A stretch of DNA of 64,000 bases from Octopus bimaculoides (taxonomy: Eukaryota), in assembly GCF_001194135.2 (NCBI RefSeq), contig NC_068989.1:10438565-10502564 (forward strand). The letters run 5' to 3'. The notes under the pieces were generated by a model that saw nothing but the letters and a program-made list of their open reading frames with translations, had not been told where the DNA came from and did no database searches. Position 1 is the stretch's first letter; each line of letters begins with the position of its first letter. A program made the position numbers and the translations under genes. Shown here one piece after another: positions 11,595 to 24,334 of this stretch.

Positions 11595-12316
11595 GGGCTT
11601 TCCTATAAGGTTGTTATCCACCCCTGATTGGAACTCTCCCGTATGACATGTACGCATGCTCAGTGACTTGCTTTAACAGTTGCAATCAGCTGAATGCACA
11701 TTGACAGTGACATTTGACATAATTACCCACACTCTGTGGTCAGGATTCTTTTTTTGGTTTGATGTCGGTATCGAAGGGATTACCAGACACTGGACAATAC
11801 AGTGAGAGCAGCTTTCACTCACATCGTGGTATTCGATGCTGTGTACGTGTCTGTCGTGGTAAAATATGCCACTCCTTAACTGTTGCTTTACTTTCATCCG
11901 TAGCACGAGGTAATTATGTCATTATCTGTGAAATTCGGCAACTTACAAAGATCTTTAGATCAGGCTATACTTCACCGAGAGGAGATATAAGCTTCTGCTT
12001 ATTCCTGTCTGAAGTATCGTCTGATACTTCAGACTTATCGTCCGATGAATTTACTTTGTTGATATAGACAGAATTTTTATACTTTTCAACCTTTCAATCA
12101 AGTCCGCCTTTCTTCCAGTAACATACTGTCCATATAATCTTAAATATTTCTGTAACTCAGGCACAGTAAGTACTTCGATAGCTGAATCATCAAGCTGCTT
12201 TATATCCATGATAAGATGTAAAACAATAACAATAGCGTGGGTTAGCCTCCGGAAGTTTAATTATCTACATGGAGCGCCGCCTAGCCAAGGGAGATAACCT
12301 ACTTATAGGAAAGCCC
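11595..12316 (-). mobile_element. Internally deleted DNA transposon with a decayed SAP plus partial SWIM ORF (ISL2EU/IS4EU-like or KDZ-like)
   Basis: Perfect 15-bp TIR GGGCTTTCCTATAAG (11595-11609 / 12302-12316), with TATA on both flanks. The minus-strand ORF 12051-12209 contains the SAP motif LTVPELQKYLRLYGQYVTGRKADLIERL. A frameshifted continuation ends ...DHRVWVIMSNVTVNVHSADCNC. Confidence 0.75.
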
Positions 12317-13619
12317 TATAACAAAGAGGACATTGGCTTTCTTCTATAAAGTTCTTGATGCAGTTTAATGCTTGAAGATTTTCCTTGAATTCTAGAGGTT
12401 GTTAACTCTTTAGCATTTAAAGTGGCCATATCCAATTCAAATATTACATCTGTTTTATATGACTGACCATATTCAGTCTTTCACACTTACCCTACAATGT
12501 TAGATTAAAAATAAACAAGCACATCATTGAAACCTCAACAGAGAGAGAGATAATGCATGAGTAATTCAAAACAATGTGAATAAATAAGCATTACATTTAA
12601 CAGAATAATCTGAACGCTAAAGGTTAAAAAAAAAAAGGCTTTATATGAAAAATATCACATCAAGAAAACTTGGCTTTCTATTTAAAATGATTATTTTGTT
12701 TCCCCATTTTGCAAATTTCCTTTAATAAATGTGCCCTGATAACCACAAAATTTGAATTTAGAAACTTTCTTCCTTTTCGTCTGGTGAAAAGCATTGAGAA
12801 ACTCTAGGCTGTACTTCATGAAAAAGAGTGACTCTGTTTCAAATGTCATATTTCCTTTCATTATATGAGAGTCACATATTTATGTAATGTATAATATACA
12901 CCTCGAAAACCGTCTTTGTATTAATTCATCTTCAATACTTTGGTGTTACTGTGCACAAGCTCACAATATCAAGATTCATGAAAATGCTGTGAAAATTTTA
13001 TACAGGCTCAAATGATTCTTGATACGAAGACACAAATCTGCATCCTGTAGCAATGACTAACTTCTTTTTAGGTCTCACATGATTCATTATTGCCTCTGAT
13101 ATTTAGCTGAAACAATCCTCCATCAGTTGTCAAGTGATGGTGTGGGGACAAACACAGACACACACATATATATGCATAAAATGGGCTTCTTTCAGTTTCC
13201 ATCTACCAAATTCACTCACAAGGCTTTGGTCGGCCCGAGGCTGTAGAAGACACTTGTCTAAGGTGCCACACAGTGGGACTGAACCTGGAATCACATGAAC
13301 TGTTAACATCTTCATTATGGCCTCACCACTGGCCTTGGTGAAAAGAAATCTTTCAGCTCATCATCATCATCATGTTTTCCATACTCTAGCCTGTCAGTAC
13401 CTGGTATAAAGCCACCTTCCCTTTCCTGATACTCCCTTCCCCTATTTAGTCACAGGGATTCCTTTCCTTTCTATTGTTCTTTCTCTGTCTTGTTTGGAAA
13501 CCTCACTAATGGACAGTTGTATAAGTTGGACAGTTTCATAGGATTCAGTGAGCTGCCGGGAAGCACCAAGCCCCAGTGTCACCTTTGGCATGGTTTCTAT
13601 GGCTGGATGCCCTTTTAGT

Positions 13620-15485
13620 TTTCATATTTTCCAGTGGTGTTCTCTGCCTATTATTTTAACTTCATCCCACATGTGGAGGTGGTCTCCATTTTTCCATACA
13701 TGATCGGCTATACCTGATTTATCAATATCTCCTCGTGTCACAGCTTTGTGATGTTCCTCTACCCTTATTTTGAGGGGGCGACATGTTTCACCTTTGTATA
13801 ACCTACCACAGCTGCATGGGATGGAGTACACGCAATTCTTGGTCATATTCTCTTCTATTCGAAGGAGATATTTGTGAAGCATTGTATTACTTTTGAATAC
13901 TGTCCTGATGTCATATGGGCTGCATATCTTTTGTATCTTTTCGGAGAGGCCTTTCACATAGGGTAGACAGACTGTGGACAATTTATTGGTTTCCTCCTAT
14001 CTTTTTTCATAACTGGAGTGGAGAGTATGTTTTTGGGGTAGTTGTTGCTTAATAGATTGTTACTGAGCTTGATCATTTCTTTGTGGTGGGTATTACGATC
14101 ACTACTTATATTCATTGCTCGATGTTTCAGGCTCTGAGCAATCCCTCTCTTTACACTGTATGGATGGTGGGAGTTGAAGTTGAGGTATCATCCAGTGAAA
14201 GTCGGCTTGCGGTATATGGATGAACTGAATCCATACTTGGTGGGTGTGTTATTAATATGTCCAGGAATGCTAGCTGATTGTCTTTTTCTTTTTCCATTGT
14301 GAACTGTATGGATGGCTTTATTGAGTTCACATGATCTAACAGCACATGGACATCTTCCTGGTGGGGCCAGAGTATAAAGATGTCATCAACATATCGCAGC
14401 CATAGGATTGGTTTTAGTGGTGTTGATCCTAAAGCCAAATTCTCAAAATATTCCATGTATATATTGGTTATTACCGGTGATAATGGCAAACCCATAGCTA
14501 AACCCTCCTCTAGTCGATATATATCAGTGTCCATACTAAAGTAGGTAGTTTCTACACAGAAGATCAACGTTACCATCAAGTTTCTTATTGGTATACTAGT
14601 GTGTTCTTTTAGATGGGTGTCTGTCACTAGTTTTTCTTGAATCACCGATAGTGCTTCACCAGTTGGGACTTTGGTGAACAGACTTATCACATCTAGACTC
14701 ACCATCTGGTTGGATTCAATGGGGGTATCCATGATCAATTCTGTGAAGCAGATGGAATTCTTCACATACGATGTTGACTTTCCTGCAAATGGACTGATTA
14801 TATCCACAAGGAAGCGGCTCAGTGGACGACATGCTGAACCTCTACAGCTCACTATAGGTCTTAGTGGAATACCTTCCTTGTGAATCTTAGGGAGACCGTA
14901 CATGTGTGGTAGTTTACTGTAGTGTTGAGTCAGTTGTCTGTACTTCATTGGTGTAAAGTGATCCTTGCTCTCGATCAAGATCTGTGACAACTTCCTCTGT
15001 TTTCTTTACTTTGCTGTAGCTACCATTACTTATAAGACTTGCCAGTGTTCATCACCGCTATAGCATTTCCCTTGTCTGCTGGAAGTATTACGATGGAATT
15101 GTCACTCTGTAGTCTTTTCATAGCAAACGTTTCTTCCTTAGTGATGTTTGGTTTGAGAAGTTTCGCTTTTTCTAGTACCTGTCTCACTTTCCACGTTAGT
15201 TTATCTCCTTGAGCTTTTGGTATCTTTATGGCTATCTCTTCAATAGGGGCTATTACGTCCAAGTATGGAATGCGCTTGGTGTTCTCACTACATAAATAAA
15301 TGAAGCTTGTACGAAACGTACGTACTGCTATAACCTAATACATTTTTGTTGCTTTCCTTCAAATTTAATTCACCAAATCTCTTGATTTTATTTTTGGATT
15401 TTACCCTACCAAATTCTGGTGCCACAAACATTTTAAGTACCACATTTAATCTTTTGATTAAATCTATATTATTATTCAAATACAT
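13620..15485 (-). mobile_element. Penelope-like retroelement (RT plus GIY-YIG), frameshifted and 3-prime truncated
   Basis: Motifs ILPADKGNA, YGLPKIHK, SLDVISLFT, GLAMGLPLSP, WLRYVDDIF and AFLDILI, then GIY-YIG VYSIPCSCGRLYKGET, split over four ORFs. There is no Cys-rich RT-EN linker, which favours the Penelope/Poseidon group over Neptune. Confidence 0.92.
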
Positions 15486-17675
15486 ATATATGTATATTTA
15501 CATATATATATACATATATATACACATATATATACATATGTATGTGTCAAGGCCGACAGGAAGCGGTGCAGCTTCCTAGGTCTAAACAACANNNNNNNNN
15601 NNNNNNNNNNNNNNNNNNNNNNNNNNNNNNNNNNNNNNNNNNNNNNNNNNNNNNNNNNNNNNNNNNNNNNNNNNNNNNNNNNNNNNNNNNNACCACCTGT
15701 CCTCGTCTGTTGTTATTTTTTCGTATATTCTCCCACATATATATATATATACATACATACACATACAAACATATACATACATACATATACACACATATAT
15801 ATATATACATAAATATGTGTGCGTGTGTTGAGCGTCGATGTACACCCACACAAAACGCGGAGAATGAAAGAAAGAACAACGAGCTAATATTTCCCATAAG
15901 AAAAGTTGATGGAACGATACAAGTTTTCAGTTCGCATTCAAACCAATCCTACTGGAAAAGAGACATGAAATTCAAATTACCCATTCTCATGCTATCTTAT
16001 ACACAACCCTTTCCTTCGTTGCCACTGTTCAAGACGTTTTCTGTTGTAAAGCCAAAACTGCGTTATCGCTATGACCATCAGATTTATTACACGTATACCA
16101 GACAGAAAAATCAAACCACCGTAAAAGAGAAAAAAAAAAAACAGTATACAGTTAAATAGATAATTATTGGTTATGCCAGTGAAAACAGGGAGAGGTATTA
16201 TCTAAATGGTTTCCGTCGAATGTAGCACTAGACGTAACAAGTACCTACATATGGTCTGTGTGTGTGTGTGTGTGTGTGTGCGCGTGCTTTTTTTTTTCTT
16301 TTTCTTTTTTGATAATTTCAAAACACGTTGGTCTTCAGTTGTCATCGACAGTGATTTCTGCAATCAATGTTTTCATCCGTCTTTTCTGTTTCTTTTTTTT
16401 TTTTTTTTTTTTCAAATATCTTTTGTATACGAGGAAGAGTTAAGATTTTTTTTTTTTTTTGGAATAAATAAAATATAATATATAAACAAGAGACTTAGAT
16501 TTATTTATTCCATTTGTTAAAAGATTTGCAAAGGGAATATTAGGGGAGAAGAGAGAGGAATTGGAAATTATCCGTTTTTTGTTTATTTATTTTTTTAAAG
16601 AATATGCGACACCTTTTCTTTACGTGTTTCGTTGAAAGTATTTAAAAGAATGGAAAATAACAATAAAAATAATCATAAGTAAAAAGAAAATAGACCAAAA
16701 AAATCCATATAAGGATTAATTTGCTGTTTTACTAAGGTCTATCGTCATCAGTTTCAATAGCAACAAAATAAAAGTGGCGATAATAACAAAACAAAAATAA
16801 AGAAATAAAGAAAAGCTAATTAATAAGAGAGAGAACTCCAAATTAAATGTTTAATAGTATTTAGTCTTAGCCATCTAAGTTTGGAGTTGAAGTCATACCA
16901 AGGGTGATTTTTCACATTTTATGACTCTACGCGGTCGCTTAATCAGCTGGAAATAACAGCCAAATCTCTATCACATCACACCGTGCTTTCTTTAAAGAAT
17001 GATGGACTGGATAATGTAGTCTAGGGTATATGCACAACACCTGAAAAACGATCTCACGGCCATGGTTAGAAATGCTTTCATCATGGGTGGACTCCAGGAA
17101 GGACGATCTAAGGCTAATAAAAAAAAAATTACGAGTAATATACAAGATTCCTTTCAACGGATATCACCGTCACACTTACGAAACACAGAGCACATGTCAA
17201 GCTAAACGGAATTAAGGAATCTGTATAATAAATAATATCTTTTGACAAAGTTCAAAGCCAATTTATTTGAATGAAGTTGGGGAAAAGACGACCAACTGAA
17301 AATATAAAATGTATTTCTGTTTCTTGTTTTATCGACCCAGCAGGAATGAAATGTAAAGTTTGATCCTTGCAGAAATTGATTTAAGCAGTCATGTACCAAA
17401 GACTAAACAATAACAAAATATTAGCGAAATATAACGTACGTAAACACGTATATATATATATATATATGCGTGTGTGTGTGTGTGTGTAACTGGTTGTGAT
17501 AAAAAAAAAGAAAATAAACATATATATAATTAAGTATATGAACGACAAATAAATGAAAGGTAATATTGTGACAGATGAAGAGAAGCATAAACATTTGAAT
17601 ATAAATTGGTAAGGAATGGTGAAGGAATGTCTCCATCTAAATGAAAAAAATATATATATTCAAAGAACTACTTAC

Positions 17676-17765
17676 GGTGAATCCTAAAATCATGATGATG
17701 GCAAAGATTATAAGAAAAGCGACGAGAAAATAGCGAAAGAGACATTGTCGGACCACTGGGAACAT
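17676..17765 (-). CDS. FUT10: FUT10/FUT11-type fucosyltransferase, first coding exon (signal anchor)
   Basis: Encodes MFPVVRQCLFRYFLVAFLIIFAIIMILGFT, followed by a GTAAGT donor in phase 0. A short basic N-terminus plus a hydrophobic helix fits a type II glycosyltransferase. Confidence 0.7.
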
Positions 17766-19298
17766 GTTTGGACGTTTCTGCTGTTTCTATTTGAGGACCA
17801 TCAAGTTTCAGCTGGTTTGCGATAGCCGGTGTCATGTAAAATAATGAAACCAGGTATTAAATTTCCACGTGACCCTGCACTGGAACCAATACTTTATTTT
17901 CTTATTCTTTTTTTTTTTTTTTTGACGAAAACTCACACAGCTTGGGAAATAATTGAGTTTTACATTGTATCTACATGGGAGAAGTAAACAAGTTGTGATG
18001 CTTTCACTTTTACCATAAAAGACGCAATTTTTTTCAATGCTAGCCGTATTATTTTCAGGGAGACGGGTTTCAGTACTTTTTGGTTAACCTCGGACGGGAG
18101 GGACCTGCGCGGGTTAAATGTGAGCAAGTGGTTCTGTATTTGATATCAATGCACACTGCTATCTTTTATTTTTTTACTTGTTTCAGTCATTGCACCTTAG
18201 CTAGGCTGATGCACTGCCCTGAATGAGTGAGACTCAATATATAAATTTGTTTAAAAAAATCTGGTGCTTATTCTAGTGATCTTCTAGGTTGCGGGAACGT
18301 CAGCAAGGGATGGTAGGGAGGCGGACAAGCACAAATACACACACACAGCTATATGAGCTTCCACACAGTTTCCGTCTACCAAATTCACTCACAAAGCATT
18401 AGTCAGCCCAGGACTGCAATGATGCTGAAGTACAGTCTTGAAGAATTTTGTAGTTGAATGAATCAACTCCAGAACATACTTTTTAAGCTTGGCATTTATT
18501 CTACCAATCTCTAATGCCACATCACTAAGTTATGGGGACATAAACAAACCAATACTGGTTGACAAATGGTGGTGGTGATGGGGGGACAAACACATACATA
18601 CATACATATCCACTTACAAGGCTTTGTTTGGCCTGGGGCTATAATAGAAGACTGATCATAGAACTGTGATTGGGAAGTAAGCTTCTTACTTCACTAGTAG
18701 CATAGGGGCCAGTGGGGTGGTCCACTCTGGGCAACGTCTTGGCACTTCAAGCATATTAAGTCAGGTCGTTTTTGCCGTTGCTCCCTTCACATAATTGTAT
18801 ACATATACTCTTTTACTTGTTTCAGTCATTTGACTGCGGCCATGCTGGAGCACCACCTTTTAGTCGAGCAAATCGACCCCGGGACTCATTCTTTGTAAGC
18901 CTAGTACTTATTCTATCGGTCTCTTTTTGCCAAACCGCTAAGTGACGGGGACGTAAACACACCAGCATCGGTTGTCAAGCAATGCTTGGGGGACAAATAC
19001 AGACACAAAAAAACACACACACACATACATATATATACGATGGGCTTCTTTCAGTTTCCGCCTACCAAATCCACTCACAAGGCTCTGGTCGGCCCAAGGC
19101 TGTAGTAGGAGACAATTGCCCAAGATGCCACGCAGTGGGACTGAACCCGGAACCATGTGGTTGGTAAGCAAGCTACTTACCACATAGCCACTCCTGCACC
19201 ATAATAATAATATGTATATATATTATATATACCGGAGTAAGCACATGAAATGTGCAACAAGGTGGAAAAAAGAGTACTCAAATACCAGAGGTAGAGTA

Positions 19299-19440
19299 AT
19301 ATGCTTTATTTAAAAGCAGCAGAAATATAACAAAAAAACCGTTACTCTGAGTTTCACGTTCCCATTCATCGGAACGGGAACGTGAAACTCAGAGTAACGT
19401 TTTTTTTGTTATATTTCTGCTGCTTTTAAATAAAGTATAT
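19299..19440. repeat. Near-perfect hairpin (65-bp arms, 12-nt loop)
   Basis: Arms 19299-19363 and 19376-19440 are reverse complements with 2 mismatches. Confidence 0.9.
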
Positions 19441-21112
19441 ATTATATATATATGGCATTAGGAAGGGCATCCAGCTGTAGAAACTCTGCCAAATTAGATT
19501 GGAGCCTGGTGTTGCCATCCAGTTTCACCAGTCCTCAGTCAAATCGTCCAACCCATGCTAGCAATGAAGGCGGACGTTAAACGATGATGATGATATATTA
19601 TATGATAAGCTTCTACAAAATCCACTCAAGAGGCTTTGGTCAGCCCAAGGCTATAGTGGAAGACAGTGGTAGTTGGACTGAATCTGGAAACAAACTCCTT
19701 GCCACACAGCCATGCCTGTGCCTACGAAGAAAGATTTTGCTGCTGAAATTTGTCAGTCTCTTCAGTTACAACAGTTTTACTCATATCCCCTCTGGAATTA
19801 TATTCCTAATCTTTAACACCCCATAGTTATATTATACTTCATTAAGATTAAGGTAGCAAGCTGGCAGAAACGTTAGGATTCTGGATGAAATGCTTAGCGG
19901 TATTTCATGTGTCTTTACGTTCTGAGTTCAAATTCACCTCACCAAAAAATTTCAGGCCTTGTGCCTAGAGTAGGAAAGAATAATGAGTAAAGATTGATAC
20001 TAGATTTCATAAGTCTTTTCTTCAATGCCTCACAGGATTTTTTATTTCAGCCTTTTTTGGTTGCCCTTACAGTCTGCACAAATTCCATTTCTGATGTAAT
20101 ATTTCCAAAGTTGTTCAAATTAAATTGTCACAGGATACCAGCAACATATTGTTTTTGTCTCGTAACATGATGAGACTTTAAAATTCTATTATTTGTTGTA
20201 ATTCACAAAACACTGCATAAACCTTCATGTGGGGAGCTAATTATTTCATAATGATCTTTTAGATATGCTTTAATGTATAGTTTATTTGGAGTTATAGTTA
20301 ATTACTAAATGGAGTAATAGACATGGTGGTATTAACATGGCATTAATAATAGCAAATAAATCTGGTACACTTAATGTCAAATTAAATCAGTTGATAAAGG
20401 CAACAGGTTTTAATATGTGTGTGTATGTACATACACATACATACATATTAGGTTGTCAGATAAATTTGTTTTGTTTCTGTACCCAAACCATTTGTTTTAA
20501 CCCTTACCAACGTTATTTTTAAAATATTTTTATCATAGTGTCTTATGTTTTCTTTTATAGCCCTATTCTTCATCAATAACTTTTATTCATTGTTTTTGAA
20601 ATTTACTGTACTTATTTGTGAATTTTGTTTGTCTCAGTCTTGTTATTTTGAATTGTCCTTCATTCTAGTAAAATAAAAAGTGTTTGTGGATTCATAGATT
20701 GTTGAGATTACATACACTGTTGCTACTGGTTGTTTTTCTTCTGAGACAGTCTTATTAAGCTTAGATAGCACCTTAGATAATGCTTAGATATCAGTGTTTA
20801 GTTTTGGGAAGTTCTGTATATATATATATATATATGAAGGAATATTCCAAGTGGCTTTCCGTTTTCCTATGTGTTCGTTCCGTTGTCTGTAGTTCATTGT
20901 TCTAACATCCTGTACCCTGATATGCATATATATACACATGTAGATGTATGTACATATATGTGTGTATACATGTATATATATTCTTTGTATTATAGATATA
21001 TATATGAAAATGTTTTTTTGTAATTCTTCCTTTCTACTTGGAGAGTTTAAATGTAGCTATAAAAATATGTCCATCTGTTGAAATGTAATTTCAGTAAATT
21101 TCTATATTTTTG

Positions 21113-21200
21113 TGCAGCTGAGGATTGCTCTGCATTTTACATTTGATGTAATGTTCACATTGCTTAAATAAATGGAGTTGCATGAAACGATCATACTGCA
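21113..21200 (+). ncRNA. Degenerate type I hammerhead ribozyme motif with a long stem-loop II
   Basis: TGCAG-CTGAGGA-(about 60 nt)-GAAAC-GATC-ATA-CTGCA: 5-bp stem I, near-palindromic stem III (ACGATCAT) and UA cleavage site. Confidence 0.5.
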
Positions 21201-21443
21201 TTGACTTTGAATATCCTTGTTGCTTATTTTGATATATATATATATATNNNNNNNNNNNNNNNNNNNNNNNNNNNNNNNNNNNNNNNNNNNNNNNNNNNNN
21301 NNNNNNNNNNNNNNNNNNNNNNNNNNNNNNNNNNNNNNNNNNNNNNNNNNNNNNNNNNNNNNNNNNNNNNNNNNNNNNNNNNNNNNNNNNNNNNNNNNNN
21401 NNNNNNNNNNNNNNNNNNNNNNNNNNNNNNNNNNNNNNNNNNN

Positions 21444-21478
<35 letters not shown>

Positions 21479-21740
21479 CTGTGTGGTGGTAAAAAGCTTC
21501 CTGACCACATGGTTCTGGGTTTAGTCCCACTGCATGGCACCTTGGGTAAGTGTCTTCTATTATAGCCTCAGGCCAACCAAAGCATTGAGTGGATTTGGTA
21601 GACAGTAGCCTATTGTGTGTGTGTGCATGCGTGTGTGTGTCCTTCTGTCTGTATTTGTTCCCCCCCATCACTGGTTGACAACTGGTGTTGGTGAGTTTAC
21701 ATCCCCATAACTTACTGGTTTGACAAGAGAGACCTATAGA

Positions 21741-21960
21741 AGGCGGCGAGCTGGCAGAAACGTTAGCATGCCGGATGAAATGCTTAGCGGTATTTCGTCT
21801 GCCATTACGTTCTGAGTTCAAATTCCGCTGAGGTCGACTTTGCCTTTCATCCTTTCAGGGTCGATAAATTATGCACTGGGGTCGATGTAATCAACTTAAT
21901 CCCTTTGTCTATCCTTGTTTGTCCCCTCTATGTTTAGCCCCTTGTGGGCAATAAAGAAAT
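21741..21960 (+). mobile_element. tRNA-derived SINE, family B (head GGCGGCGAGCTGGCAGAAACGTTAG), nested in a family A copy
   Basis: Flanked by a 16-bp TSD, AAGAGAGAC(C/A)TATAGA (21725-21740 / 21961-21976). Other copies: 28720-28925-, 29600-29830-, 31621-31790+, 45505-45905- (dimer) and 57551-57765+ (TSD GATATCTATATA). Confidence 0.85.
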
Positions 21961-22953
21961 AAGAGAGACATATAGAATAAGTTCTAGGCTTATGAAATAA
22001 GTCCTGGTGTCAATTTGTTCACCTAAAACCCTTCTAGATGGTGCTCCAGCATAGGCACAGTCAACTGACTGAAACAAGTAAAATATTAAAAGAATAGATA
22101 TATATATGTGTGTGAGTGTGTGTGTGTGTGTATTTGAAATGAATACAAGTTAATGATATTTCAAACTGTTCGTTACAAACATTTCAATAATATTTTGAAG
22201 ATCTTCATTTTTCACCACCACCACCACCACTGCCGCCGCCGCCGCCACCACCACCACTGCCATCATTCTCACTATCATCACCGTCATCATCATCATCATC
22301 ATCATCATCATCTGATCTATACAGTATAATTGAAACGTATGCAATGAATTGTTTTGAAATAACCATCAACTTGTTTTCACTCTTCATTTCAACTATGTGT
22401 GGCTATGTATCACGCTATAACCCGATTCTTTTTTTTTTAATGCTATTTTAACATAGTATTTAACATGGCATCTATACTGAGCCCCATTCGTATAGTAACT
22501 CACATATTTTGACACTTTACTGTGTATATGGGTGTATGTATGTATTTGTATATACAGGTACAACGCAGAATTTCCGGAGACTGATGGTCCAGAACCTCTT
22601 ATAATCTACACTAATTTTCAAACGAGAACTTCAAATTCCAGTGGCTGCCAGACTATTTTACTAGTAGGTTGCACAAACTAGTACCTTGCACATTACAGTA
22701 TTAATAAACTTGCATAATCTATACCATTGTACTATTGTATCTGTATTTCATTTAATTATTTAAGCAAACTTAATATTTGTTTAATTTAGAATGTTAGCCA
22801 GGGTGACCACCACTGGCTAACAGTAATCCAGAAAGGCTTTGGACCCTAAGGTTCCAGAAAATTCATGTTGTACCTGTATGTGTATTTATGTGTACATGTG
22901 TGTAAACATATATACCTATATGTGTTTGTGTGTGTATGCACGCACGTGCACAG

Positions 22954-23001
<48 letters not shown>

Positions 23002-24334
23002 CAGTGAGTTTGTAGGGATATATTATCTATTATCCAGGTGAATACCATGTTAGCTCTCTGTTTTGGTTCCAGATGCTGGCTCACCACAACGGTCAGTATC
23101 CAATACTAGTGCTTACAGTGAGTTGTTAGTCACTGGTAAATTCTCCAGTTGAGTAATTCTGTGTGTCCTACTCAGGACTGTGAAGGTTCCCTAGAGCAGT
23201 GCTTCTCAAACTATCTGATGTTGCGTACCGGTAGTTTTTTTCCAATGTGCCAGGGACCAGTAATATTTCTTAGTAATATTAACCTTCCCAACAACACAGA
23301 AATCCATTGAAATATGTCACTACACAATTTGAAAGAACGATTTTCTTTCTTAAAAAATTACTCATGTGTTTACAATAGAATTATGTGTAATGTTTGTAGA
23401 TATTTGTGACTAATCCCTGCAGTTTATTACTTTGTAGTACAGGATCTGAAAATGACAGGTTGTTGACTTATCATTTTTTAATATTTTCTTCTCTACAGGA
23501 CATTTTAAAAATGTTTAACACTTTCATAGGTTTTACATGCAGTTCATGGATTAAAAATTCTTTCTACTATAGGCACAAGGTCTGAAATTCTTTCTGTTGG
23601 GATTCGTGAATTGATTACATCAATCCCAGTTCTTGACTGGTTACCAGCCCTCAAAAGGATGAAAGGAAAAGTCGACCGTGGAATTCTAACGCAGAAAAGT
23701 AAAGCTTGAAGAAATACTGCTAAACATTTAGTCCAACTTGCTAATGATTCCGCCAATGAACCACTTTTGAATTATGGGTTTAATAATAAAAAGTGAAGGC
23801 TTTTTTCTTAAATTTATTTCCTGTAGAAATTAGAATTTTGAGTACTCCAAATTTAAAGTATATATTTAATATTTTACTGAATTTAATCAAATGTCTTGCA
23901 TAGTTGTATTTCAATCACTTAAACTTCCATTTCACTAGCTTGTATCAAGGCTTTTGACCTTATATTGTGAACATTCAATGAAGTTAGTTAACTGTGGAAT
24001 TTCATTCAATTAGCCACTTGAGATATATTCGAATGATGATCTATTTTCAGAATTTTATGAAATTCTTTAAATTAAAAAAAAAAATTAGTTGGCATTGTTA
24101 TGTTGCTTTTCCAGAATTACTCGACATTTCCAAAGGAAGCAAAATAAATCAAAATAAAATAAATCTGAAATATATATATATTTATCATAAAAAAAATATT
24201 CAAGTTCATCTTTTATTCATGAAATACAATTTTCATGTATAAATTTGAGACAGTTTAGATGTTTTCACACAAGGATATTATAATTGTATTTGCAAAATAT
24301 TTTCCACTTGATTCAGTGAGTTACTTTTTTTTAT

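Noticed and set aside
17180-17295. Extra FUT exon candidate (acceptor near 17296, GTAAGT donor near 17179)
   Set aside because: In-frame stop codons follow the acceptor in the phase required to join exon 1.
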